The notes beneath the pieces are model-generated. The model did no database searches. It saw nothing but the letters and a program-made list of their open reading frames with translations, and was not told the DNA's origin. Shown here one piece after another: positions 21,831-32,899 of a stretch of 64,000 nt of DNA. Source of the stretch: Felis catus. Its lineage: Eukaryota. Made by a program: the position numbers and the translations under genes. The DNA is taken from the NCBI RefSeq assembly GCF_018350175.1, contig NC_058383.1, positions 1,550,001 to 1,614,000 of the forward strand, read 5' to 3'. Every line of letters starts with the position of its first letter. Position 1 is the first letter of the stretch.

Positions 21831-24694
21831 GCTCTGGTGCTGGCGGCCCGTGGATGCCGAGGGGGGCCGGGTGCTGGCGGCGGCTGGGGGTCCGGCGGAC
21901 GCCCCGGCAGGCGGCGCTGTCCCCCCTGGGAGCCTCGGGGAAGCTGGGAGCCGCCTGTCGCACACAAATCCTGTTACATCCTGGCAATTAGAGTTTATCG
22001 CTGTGGCACTAATCCCTTAAAATTAGTCATTAGCGGCTTAAGAACCATTTAGTGTCGGGTGCCCACTGATGAGCTGGCAGGGGTGGGGATCTGCCAGAAC
22101 CAGAACTTTCTGTGGCCTGGCGGCCGGGGCCTCGGTGGGCCCAGGCTCGCGTGGCCGTCTGCGCCTCCCCCGGCTCCCCGGGTGGCCCCGAGGGGACTGG
22201 ACCGAGTCCAGCAGCGGGAACGGGGCCAGCCCCGGGGGACGTTGGCAGGAGCTGTGCTCCCGCTCCCACTGTTTGAATCTTCCTGCTCCCTTCTGGAAAG
22301 GAAAACCCTGGAATCGGACGGAGCACAGCCGCCGTCCAGCCCAGGCTGGCCCGTGCGTCGGCGTCTGGAAGGGGCCTTGGGAGACCCTCTACCTGTGGAG
22401 GGAGGAAGCTGGGGACCGTGGCAGGGATGGGACACGTGCCTGGGCGTCTGCACCTGAGGGGAGGCCTTTGCTGGATTTGAGCTGCCCGGCGCCCACCCCG
22501 TCCTGCAGAAGTGGGGACAGCGGGCTGTGCCAACGCGAGACCCAGCCAGGCACCCTAACCCGAGAGGGGACAAAAGCTTCGGGGACGGTTTAGGAACCAT
22601 CTTGGAGGTTGCTGGTGGAGCCCTGCAGCCGTGGGGCCTCGTGGCCTGTGTCGGGCAGTGGGTAGCTGGTGGCCATGGGGCCGTGGCACCATGCAGCCCG
22701 ATTCCTCAGCTCTGACCCAAATCCTTCCAGAATATTCCTCTTTGGCCTGGGCTGGCCTAGCAACCAGCACCCCTCGGGGGGCATCCAGCCTCCGTGGCCC
22801 ACTGCGGACGGATGTTCCCTCGGCCGCCCACGGGGCAGAGGTCAAGAGCTTCTGCCCTGGCCCACGATCCAGGACATCCCCGTCCCTCGAGGTCCACCTG
22901 CCGTCAGGGCCCGGCCGGACACCCCTACCTAAGCCATCTGAGCGAGAACCAGCCCCACGCCCACTGCCCTGGGGGGTGCCTGTCCCTGGTAAGCACCGTC
23001 TGCACACAGGGAACGTGCTGGTGTGTGTATTCCTGCCCGTGCGCGAGGGGCCGCGCACAGCATTTTTAGGGGCTGGTGATTTTGCGTGGCCTTCTGAACT
23101 GAGCGCTTCCTTCTTGTGCACAAGCGGCCGGCCCTCCGTCTGCTCCACGGGGCAGAGAAGAAGAAGGGAAGGCCGGCCTCCCCGCCCACCACACCCTCCA
23201 GGCTGGAGCCTCCAACAGGTGCGGGGGCCTTTCCTCACACCAAGGCTGGGACGGTTCCCGCTGTAGGCTTGGGGCCCCCACATCCGGGGAGGGCAGGGCC
23301 AAGCCCAGAGGGCCTCAGCAACACCCCCCCCCCCGCCCCACCCCACCACTACCCTGCGGGTTTCTGATGGTGCGGAACACGAGCTCAGGGACCAGGCCCT
23401 AGAACAGAGCCCGGGAGGGAGTCCACTCTGACGTCTGCCTGAAACCCAGCACGGGGGTGGGTGGTCTTTGCTGCAGAAGCCAGGACCCCCAGGAGCTTCC
23501 TCCCAGTTCCCAAGGGGCTGCTCCGCGGGGTTTGGCAAGCCTCCCACGTGGGGGAGCGGGTTTGGAAATGGGTGCTGTCGGTGAGACAGGACGTGGGGCA
23601 GGGGAGCCTCGGGCGTCTGCATGGGCAAGCCGGTGCTCTCAGCCCGTGGAGGGCAGAAAGGCCCCGAGCTGGACCGGGGTCCCCATTCCCACTGGCTTGT
23701 GGCCCTGGGAAGCCACGTCACCACCCCGAGCCCGTGTTCTCAGTTTCAAGGTGACCAGCAAAGCCATCTGGGCTGTGCTGTGATCAGGGAAGCCAGGGGG
23801 GCTCCGGGTTCAGGCAGGACAGCCTGGTGGACCGGCAGCCAGCCTTGCTGGTGGCCCTGGGGCCTGGCCGGGCCGTGTCTCCGTCTGCCCACGGTGAGGC
23901 TGCCGGCCACGGGCTGGCACTGCCGATGCAGCCACACGGGTGGCTGACGTCAGGACTCATTGTCCCCATGACCGGTGACAGGCCTGGAGTGCTGAGACGT
24001 GCACGTCAATGAGGTGGCACTCGGGCGCTCCAACGCCAGGCGGCCCGTCTTCTGTCCCCCAACATCCCGTGCTGGGGGGAGGGGTGGGCCACCACTCCAG
24101 GACTTCCGTAGCCCCCCAAACCCCTGGTCAGTGGGCCCCCCAGGCCCGGAGCTGTGAGTACAGAGGCCAAGGTCCCCCCGGGGCTGGCAGCTGGACCCCC
24201 TCCCACAAAGGCGGCCCCCGTCCCTGTGCCCAGGGGTCCGGGGAGAAGGCCGACCCGTGTGCCGTGATCCCCATCCCTGTCCCGGGTGCCCAGGCGTGTG
24301 CAGGCTGCCGGTCCTGAGGTCACCACAGGAAGGAGGACGTGGCCGGAACCACCAGCGTTGCCCGTAGGGGCCTGGGGTTTGGGGTGCTGGCTGCCAGCAC
24401 TTCCACACGGGGCCTGGAGCCGCCCTTCCGGCCAGCACCTGGGGCCGCAGAGTGCGAGCGTCATCGTGGGTCCGTTGGCGGGGGAGGGTGGGGGCGTGGG
24501 GGGGCGGAGTCCAGGGCAGGGGACGTATCTCGGCCACTCTGTTCCACCTGAACACCCGCTCCCTCTCTTCTGCTGGGGGCGGTGGCTCCTGGGCTGCCAC
24601 CCACCGTCCCCTGGTGTCCCGGGGCCGCCCCGGGGCCAAACCGAGGGCTGGTGGGCAGGGCGAGCCCGTCCTCTCAGACGCACACAGCGAGCCG

Positions 24695-24978
24695 GCGGGG
24701 TGGCCGAGGAGCAAACTTTATTTCATACGGAGCAGGGACTCTGCCGGGTTTGAGCGGCGTGTGGGCGGGGTACACACTGGGGAGGGGGCCGGAAGCGGGC
24801 CCCCCCCCCCCCCGGGCCACCCCCGGAGCGGCGGCACCGAACGTCCTGGGCGAGAAGGAGGGTGCGGCCTCTCCCCTGCCGGCCACAGGTGCGGGCCGCC
24901 TGGGTCTGTGGGGCCGTGTGGCGGGAGGCGGGGTGGGCCCGGGACCTGCCGGCTGCCCTCTTGCGCGTGAGCCGCGGG
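24695..24978 (-). other. MAD1L1: MAD1L1 3' UTR (about 280 nt; cleavage position approximate)
   Basis: Runs from the stop codon to about 20 nt beyond the first AATAAA. Confidence 0.75.
24717..24722 (-). terminator. Polyadenylation signal AATAAA of MAD1L1
   Basis: tttatt on + is the first canonical hexamer after the stop, in otherwise very GC-rich sequence. A GU-rich tract (GCTGTGTGCGTCTG) lies about 30-45 nt further along the minus strand. Confidence 0.85.
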
Positions 24979-25137
24979 CTAGGCCACCGTCTGGCGGCTG
25001 AAGAGGTCGAGCGTGAGGGCGCTGAGGAAGGCGGGGATGCTGTCTTGGCGCAGGAGGTGCAGCTCGATGAGCTCCGGCACCGTGCGTGAGAAGGCCGTCT
25101 CCAGGAGCTGCATCTTGGCGCCCGAGGGTCCCGTGGC
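24979..25137 (-). CDS. MAD1L1: MAD1L1 terminal coding exon (52 aa + TAG)
   Basis: Translates as [52 protein letters not shown], the MAD1 C-terminus. Upstream on the minus strand is CCCTGAC...TGTGTCCTCTGTGTCTCCCACCCACCCTCCAG (branch-point-like motif, pyrimidine tract, AG). In frame with the 63777-63967 exon. Confidence 0.97.
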   Translation of the reverse strand, partial: ATGPSGAKMQLLETAFSRTVPELIELHLLRQDSIPAFLSALTLDLFSRQTVA

Positions 25138-28100
25138 CTGGAGGGTGGGTGGGAGACACAGAGGACACACGGTCAGGGGTGCGGTGGCCTGCGGGGTCCC
25201 CCCGCCCCTGCCCCAGGGCCCTTCGGTCACAGGACAGGGAGGGACGGAGACCCCGTCCCCGGCGGGGGTCCAGAAGGCGGGATGTGGGGCGTGGGGCGTG
25301 GGCTCCGGGTGCCCAGCTGCCCTCTGTCGGTCTGCCCAGCCCTCCCCGTCCTCAGGGCCCGGCCACCGTGACGGCAGCTGACGCCCCGCCCCACCCCCCG
25401 ACGCTACAGACGAACGGGCGAGGGGCCGGAGCCGCCCCGGAGAGCTGCTCTGCGCCCGGGCGGACGGCCGTGCCCCCTGGTGCTCAATCCCGTTTCCTCC
25501 GTCACACGGCGCCGGCCACAGAACGGAGGGGGTTCCCACCGGCGGCCCTGCCGGGAGGCCAACCCCGCTCGCGGGCCTTGCTTCTCCGCGGGAGGAGCCG
25601 CTCCCGGCCACGATACGCGGAACAGCCGGGGTGCGCACGCCGCCCTCGGAGTCCGTCGGCGGACTGTTACTCAGCCACGAAAAGAACGGAGCCCTGCTGC
25701 GCCAGGGACGAACCCCAGACACGGAACAACACGCGTGCGTCAGATCGCCCGTAGGGAGCGCGCAGAACGGCGAGTCCGCGAGATGGAAAGTACATCAGTG
25801 GCTGCCAGGGGCTGGGCTGGGCACGGGACGGACTGCCAGCGGGCGTGAGGGTCCTTGGTGGGCCGACGAGAGCTCTGAAATCGGGTCGTGGTGGCGGCAC
25901 AGCTTGGAAGACACCAAATACGCCAAAAAGCAAGCCGCGGGGTGAACTGCACAGCGTGGGAACTCTCCCCCAGGGCTGGGCGCGTGTACTAAACCCCCGT
26001 CTGCCCCACAGCCTGACGGGGCCGCCCTCCTCCCAGGAGCTGCGGGGGCTGCCTGGCTCCGCCCGTGTGCACGGCTCACCCCTGCACGCGGCGGGCCACA
26101 CGCCCGGCCCGCACACCGACCTCCGCCCGGGAAGGGAGGCCTGGATGCGCCTGTTGGGAGGCGGTGGTCTCTCCCTCCGAGACCCCAGGAAGGAGCCGGT
26201 GCCGGCCTGCCTGCTCCCCCGTCCTGTCCCACGAGCCCTCCCGGCGGCCGTCGGAGCTCGTGGCGCCCAGCGTCTGAGCGGCCCCCGCCTGTGTGCCGCG
26301 CGGACGGCCTCTGCTGCCTCCCCAGGGCACCCACCCTGCTCCCCTGCACGTCCGCACGTTTAGGCTTGTCACAGTTCAACACGGACCATTTTTAAACAAA
26401 AGTAAGAGAAACCACTCTGACCTTTTACCGAGAAAATCCTTTCATTTCTGCCTTCTGCTCAATTGTGAAAATTTCCCCTAAATGTCAGAGGGGCTGATCC
26501 TCCGGCAGCGGAGGGGCGGGGAGCAGACGCAGGGCACCGCTCGGGCCAGGGGTGGGGGGGCGTTGAGGGAGGCCGTGGCGCCCGCCTGGCTCGGCAACTG
26601 AGTGGCAGCCCTCCTCCGAAGCGGGGTCCCTCCACACCGCGCTGCGCCTGGCTGGGACCCCTGCCCGCCCGAGGTGGCCTTCAGTCCGGGTGTCTCTCCA
26701 GATCCCCGTTGGGCTGTGGGGCCCTAGCCATGCTTTACACACATCAGACATCCCTCGCGGCTGCCAGCACTGCGGCCGTGTCTCGAACAATCGTCACTTG
26801 ACGCTCGCCCACGCGAGGCCCATCCTGGGCACCTCAGTGCACCTGTCCGGCACTCAGGAGGCGAGCGCACGGCCACAGAGACACTGGCTGTGCCCTGGGG
26901 CCGGCTGGGGGCGTGCAGGAAGGAGGCGTGACCAGGGCGGCCTTCTCAAAGCAGAGGGTTTGTGAGCCACCCGCCCCCCGCCCCCAGCCACGCCGGCCCA
27001 TTCCGTGGGAAGGGCCGTGTCCTTGCTCAGAGGCGGCGTGGAGCCGTGTGGCTGCCAGCATGTGCCCCGGTCACGCCATGCCGATCAATCTCTGCTAGGC
27101 TCCACCGTGCTCAAATACCACCCGGTCCCCAGGTACCTTGTAAATCACTCTAATTAGGGGCTGTTCGCTTAAAATTAGAGACCAATTTTTTAAAAAGCAA
27201 ATTGCCCAGTAAGACGCGTTGGCTGTGGCTGGAAATATTTATGGCCTGTGTCTCTGCCTCCTCTGCCCCCAGCGTTTGGGAGTGACAGGCCACGGTGTGG
27301 CTGGCAGGCGCCCTGTGGCGAGCAAGGCACTCCGCCACAGTGAGACCCCCGGTGGCCCCTGGCTGGCCGTCAGCGCGGTCCGGCGCCCACACCTCAGCCT
27401 GGACTCGCCTCCAGGCCTCCCCTCCCTCCAGACGGCGGAGCTGGGCCTGCCTCGAAGCGTTCGGCCGGGACCCAGACGGCCAGGTCTGTCCGCCACGGCG
27501 CGAGTCTGCGGAGACGGGCCGCGCGGGGACGCCGGGGGGCTCCGGGGCTGTGCGTCGGCGGAAGACGAAGCACGCAGTGGCTCCAAAGGGGCTCGTTAAA
27601 TGCCAGCCTGTGGCGCCCCAGCTGGCGGGACGGCACGCGGCGGGCCCTTTGTGAGATACCCTGAGTAGGGAACTGCCCCCGCTTCGGTGGCCCCCTCCCA
27701 AGCCCCCGACTGCCCGCGGGACGGCACGGGGGGAGGGGATTCCCGTCGAGTGCAAGCCTACCGCTTGCTGAGGGAGCCGAAGGCAATCCCGCGAACGAAG
27801 GCACGGGAAGAATCCAGAGATGAGACCCATAGCGAGGTGCGGGTCCTCGCGTCCCCACCCGAGCAAGATTTAGACAACGCAACAAGATGACCAAACAGGC
27901 AGTGCGAACACCGCTCTCTCAAGACTCTGGGAGCGGGGTATCGTCTCTGTGTCACGGTGGCATGGCGGCTTGTCACAAGGCCCCATCGACTCCCGAGGAA
28001 GCGGCTGACGGCAGCTGGAGGGAAACGCAGGACGACGGGAGCATCTTGGGGCCTGAAAACAGACGGCGGACAGTCACAGAGACTTGGGTCCCAGCTCGGT

Positions 28101-28656
28101 GACGAGAGACACATGAGATGACGCGGCGTGCTTCCGTGACCCCGCGGGCCGAGCCGGGGGGGACACAGAGCCCGGGGTGCCCTGCTGGAGACCAGGGACC
28201 ACCCGCCAGGTGTCGGGGCTCTGCCTCGAGAGGCAGAGAAGGGAAGGGTCGCGATCAAGGAGGAATGAACAAAACTGACGACAGGAGAGGGGGTATCGCA
28301 ACCAGAGGCCGGTCCTTCGAAACCAGCAACAAAACTGACGGAAGAGAAAAGACAGAAGCTGCCGATACCAGAAATGAGATCCTGGAGCTGTTCCGAGAAT
28401 AATAAGAAAACACTTAAAAACCCTTTATGCCCATAAACTTGACAGCTGGGAACAGAGCGTCCCTTAAACACCACGGAGCACCAGGGCTCGGTCAAGATGA
28501 AGCAGTGAACCCGACCAGTCCGGCGGCCATTTAGGAAACCGAATTTGTAATTAAAACGCTCAAGAAGAAATCTCCAGTCCCACGTGGTTTCACCGAAGAA
28601 TTTTATCAGACATTTAAACGAGAATTAACGCCCATTTTCCACGGTCTGTTCCGGAA

Positions 28657-28884
28657 GACGGAGCAGAGAGAGTACTTTCCTGCGCACAGGCGTGTCCGCC
28701 CGACAGCAAACCAGAAATGGCACATGCGCACAGGAGGAAGAGAGAAGTGGACTTGGTGCAGAGACCCTCAGACGGAGCAGAGAGAGTACTTTCCTGCGCA
28801 CAGGCGTGTCCGCCCGACAGCAAACCAGAAATGGCACACACGCACAGGAGGAAGAGAGAAGTGGACTTGGTGCAGAGACCCTCA
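28657..28884. repeat. 114-bp tandem duplication (2 copies)
   Basis: 28657-28770 and 28771-28884 are identical except TG (28725-28726) versus CA (28839-28840). Confidence 0.95.
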
Positions 28885-29212
28885 ACAGAGCTCAGCTAAC
28901 GTGGTCGGGAAGTATAGAGCGGGGACTACGCCAGGACCACGCGCGAGGCACTTCTGCGTGTGGCCGGTGCGCTGAAGACCAGTCAGGACGCGTCACCACA
29001 ACCCCAGGGCACCCAGTCCCACTGCCGACACAGGAAACGAACGCCTCTGACAAAACGCGACCTCCATTCCCGAAGAAAACCCTTGGCAGATGGGCGCGCA
29101 CGGCCCACGTGGCCTCCGAGTGGGACAGGCGGCGCCGTCCCGTCCTGGGGGCAGAACACACACGTGGGGGCCTTGACGGAGGTCCACACTAACGTGCCCC
29201 ATCAACCTTCTT

Positions 29213-29437
29213 TTTAAAAAAAATTTTTTTTTAACGTTTATTCATTTTTGAGACAGAGAGAGACACAGCATGAATGGGGGAGGGTCGCAGAGAGAGGGAG
29301 ACACGGAACCCAAAACAGGCTCCAGGCTCTGAGCTGTCAGCACAGAGCCCGACACGGGGCTCGAACTCACGGACCGCGAGATCACGACCTGAGCCGAAGT
29401 TGGACGCCCAACTGGCTGAGCCACCCAGGCCCCCCCC
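29213..29437 (-). mobile_element. CAN-SINE with 12-bp TSD (sense to MAD1L1)
   Basis: TSD atcaaccttctt at 29201-29212 and 29439-29450. Confidence 0.96.
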
Positions 29438-32400
29438 AATCAACCTTCTTAACGCAAGTGCCAGAGCTGCCCCACGGAGGAAGACGAGAGAACTGAAAAG
29501 AATTCTGACTTAAACCTCACACCTCAGGCAGAACTAAACTCCAAGCCCATCACAGACTCACGCATAAAACATAAAAACCTTCCAGCACAGAGATGACACT
29601 TCAGGACCTAAGACCAGGCGGAGGACTTGTCAGACTTCACACAGAAAGCACAGTCCGGAGAACAGAATGAAGACGGACAAACCGATGGGCCTCATGGAAA
29701 CTGCCAGCCTTTGCTCCCGAGACACAAGCCCGCCCGGGAAGGGGTACGTGCGAGTCACGAGTGACCCGGGCCTGGCATTCTGTGTCCCGGCGCCTCCTGG
29801 AAGGTCAGGTGCACAGGTGGGTTTCGCTCACGGCTGTCCCCCCCGCCGGAACAGGGCCCCCTCCTCCTGCACAGCGCTGGCCGCGGTTGCGACGGTCCGT
29901 TCATCTCTGTGACTCCCTGAACCGTCTCCCTCCGTTCCCGGGATGCCCGGGGAAGAGGCGGCGGGAGTCAGGACGGGGAGGGTGGGGACAATAACAGCAG
30001 CCCCACGCCACCCCGGGGCTCACCTCGCCCACGCGCTCAGATGCCCCGAGGCCGGCCCTCCACTCCCTCACTGGCTCCCCGGCTGCAGGTGGGAAGCTGG
30101 TGGCTGCAAGGCCCGGGGGAGGCCGGCTGCTCGGAGGCCGTCTTCAGTCGCATGAAGGCTCACGTGCGGATCTGGGGGCGGCAGGCACCTGAGCGGACAC
30201 AGCTCCAGGCGGCCCTGCGTCCCGCGAAGCCCGCCGCTCCCATCCCGGCCCCGTCCTCGGCGCCGCCCCCGGGACTTTGTGTGCGAGGCAGGGGCTGGGA
30301 GCCCGGGCACAGCACAGGCATGGCCTCTCTCCAGCCGGGTCCCGGCCGGGCTCCGCGGCCAGATGCTGGCCCCGCGGGGACAACGCGGGGTGGTCGGTGT
30401 GGGCAGGCGTGCGCAGACGCCTGCCGCGTGCCGGGCACCCCCTTCCCGCCGCCACGCACGCGTACCCCGGGTCTTTGGGGTTGAGCGGCCGTCCCCCCGC
30501 TCAGACGTGACCTCCCAACGCCTCTGCTCTGACCCCTCCGCCTGGACGGCCTCCTCCCGGTGCCGGCCCTGGGTGACCCGGGGCGCTCTGGCGAAGCTCG
30601 GGTCCCGCGCGTCCGCTGGGTGTGAGAGCCCCCGCTCGGCGGGACGCGCTCGGTGGTGGGTGGTGGGTGGTGGGTGGCCGTGGCCCTGTCTAGGGGAGGA
30701 GCCTTCTACGAGGAGCACAGGCGCTTCCTCCTCCGGGGACCAGCCCGCCCTGCAGAGGGGCGGCCCAGGCCGCGCACCCCAGCTGCGCGCACTGACCAGG
30801 CTGCGAGGGAGCTCTGGCTCCGCGGGCGAGGGCCCGATGCGCTGCCCGAGCCGGCACACGCCCACCGGTGATGCGCAAACGGCGGCTTCGCCACGTCCGC
30901 CAGGAAGTCGCCTTGAACTTCCGTGCCGGAGGAAGCCCCCTGAGCACGCACCGCAGTGGGTCACGCTCACACATGACACGGCTCTACACGCACAGAGAAA
31001 AAGCGCGTAAACCACAAAACCTAAGTGGTTAGCTCAGGGAGCTGTGATGAAACGTGGCTCCTTACGGCTTTGTGCACTTTGTGGATTTTTTACTGCGGCC
31101 GCACGTCGTCTCCGTAACCAGGGCCAGCCCGACGCGAACTGGGTCTCCGAGAGCGGCACTTCTGACACAGGGCACTCATCACACGCGCTGTTCTTGCCAC
31201 AGGCACGTGCGAGTTCGTGGGCCTCACCGGCCGGCCGCCTGGCCCCGGGACTGGGGCCCCTGGGATGCCCGCCACGGCACCCGCGGGTCTCCCACCCAGA
31301 ACCACGCACCGGGGCGGCGGTCGGTCGTGGTGTAAGTGGCCCGGCCCACCCGGGCCCCGCGTGGGGACACGGAGGCGACCCTCGGCCCTGGATCCCTCCT
31401 CCGCGTAGCCCCCACCTGGCCGCTCCTGCTGCCCCCCTCCCCCCTCCCCGACTGTGACTGTCCTGTGTCTCCTCACCTTGTAGGCCGGGCTGGGCGAGGA
31501 GGCCCTTCCCACCGCTGCCCCCCAGGCGTCCCCCCACATGCCCCGCCAGCCTCCGGCTCTGGTGTGTGTCCCCGTCCACTGCTGTCCCTCAGGGAGGGCG
31601 GGCGGCGGGGGAGGGTGACCCCGGTACTCGGCGTAGGCGGACCCAAACAGGCCTGGGCACAGGCAGAGGGACGTGGTGGCCAGTGGATCGGGACGAGCTG
31701 GACGGAACGCCGAGGAGGCCGTCCCAGCACGAAGCTGCAAACGCCGAGCTGGCAAAAAGCATGTCCAGCACGGGGCGGAGGGAAATAGCTCCCCCAATTA
31801 TCCCCGCTCAATTGTGCCGGGAAACGGCTAAATACCGCATGTTCTAATTATACCGGCGTTGCTGGAGTTACCGTCCCCGGCGAGGGGCGACCTCTCCCCA
31901 GCGTGCTCTGGGGGGTGGGGGGGGGGCGAGGCCAGGCGCCCCAGCAGCTGCAGATCGGTTCCGAGCCCACAGTTGTTATTATTATTACTCTATTTATACG
32001 GCTCTGCATCCCTCGTGCCTCGCCCCGGTTTGTGCAGCTGCTCCCACGGCCTCACGAGGGAGGGGCAGGAGGGCGCACATGGGCGGCAAGGGCCCAGGGT
32101 CATTTCCAACGAGCCTCGTGCATCACAGGTGGGTGCCCAGGGGGCCCACAGGTCATCGGCACAGGGCCAGGCTCCGTCTGGCGTCCCGCTCCCGGCCCAG
32201 GCCTCCTTCCCATCCCGGGAGGAAGGTGGGGACAACCGTGGGGGCCGGGCCACCTCCCTCCTACTGGCTCCCAGGGGCAGGAGGCCAAGTGCAAGGGGCC
32301 CCCAAATGGCTCTGAAGGCCGGACGTCCCGCGAGGGCCCGGGCCAGATGGGCTGGAGCACGTGTCCCCTAGCCAGCCACCCTCAGCGCAATGACGCGGAT

Positions 32401-32654
32401 GGCACCAGGTCACGTAGGAAGCCCCCCCTCCCCGTCCAGACAAGCTGGTACAGTGGAGCGCTCACGGGGACACAGGCGGCCGGCTGGGGGAGCGGCAGAG
32501 ACTGAGCTGGGGACCTGGGCTCCGATCGTGGCTGCCCCTCCCACTCGCCGTGTGACCGTGGCACCTCCCCTCCCCTCCCCTCTGCGAGCTGGACTTCCCT
32601 CAGTGGAAAGGGGCACACGGTGTCTGTGCCCCACCTCGGATATTAACTCACTCA

Positions 32655-32870
32655 CGTGCTGACAAGATGGATGAAGTCAGCCGCCACGTCACGGGCTGTC
32701 CACGTGAGGGGGAACTGACGGTGGCCTCTGCCCAACGGCCTGAGAGGAACTGAGCGGACCCACGTGAGTCTCTCCCCAAGAGACTCGTGGCTGTGGCGCG
32801 AAGGAGGGCCCACCTGGGCGCAGTCCGGCCACTGACCACCGGGCCACCGCCACCGTGCTCGCGGTGAGTG
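32655..32870 (+). mobile_element. MaLR (MLT1F/G/H-like) LTR fragment
   Basis: gatgaagtcagccgccacgt...ccacgtg...gaactgacggtggcctctgcccaacggcc...gaggaactgag. Confidence 0.5.
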
Positions 32871-32899
32871 CTTGTTCCGCCATGGACTGTCGACATGGG

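Larger units (their letters stand above)
27830..29900 (+). mobile_element. Degraded ancient LINE-1 ORF2 (antisense to MAD1L1)
   Basis: ctttatgcccataaacttgaca, aagaagaaatctccagtcccacgtggtttcaccgaagaattttatcagacatttaaa and aacctcacacctcaggcagaactaaactccaag. Confidence 0.75.

Noticed and set aside
22555..23724. 389-aa minus-strand ORF, and similar 250-350 aa ORFs across the window
   Set aside because: Overlapping ORFs are open in several frames on both strands, with no domain or splice support.
1..24690. Exons of a neighbouring gene such as ELFN1
   Set aside because: No leucine-rich repeat, fibronectin-III or other recognisable coding sequence in any frame.
25138..25722. N-terminal part of the 247-aa ORF 24979-25722
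   Set aside because: Intronic. MAD1 similarity begins exactly at the AG acceptor at 25138-25139.
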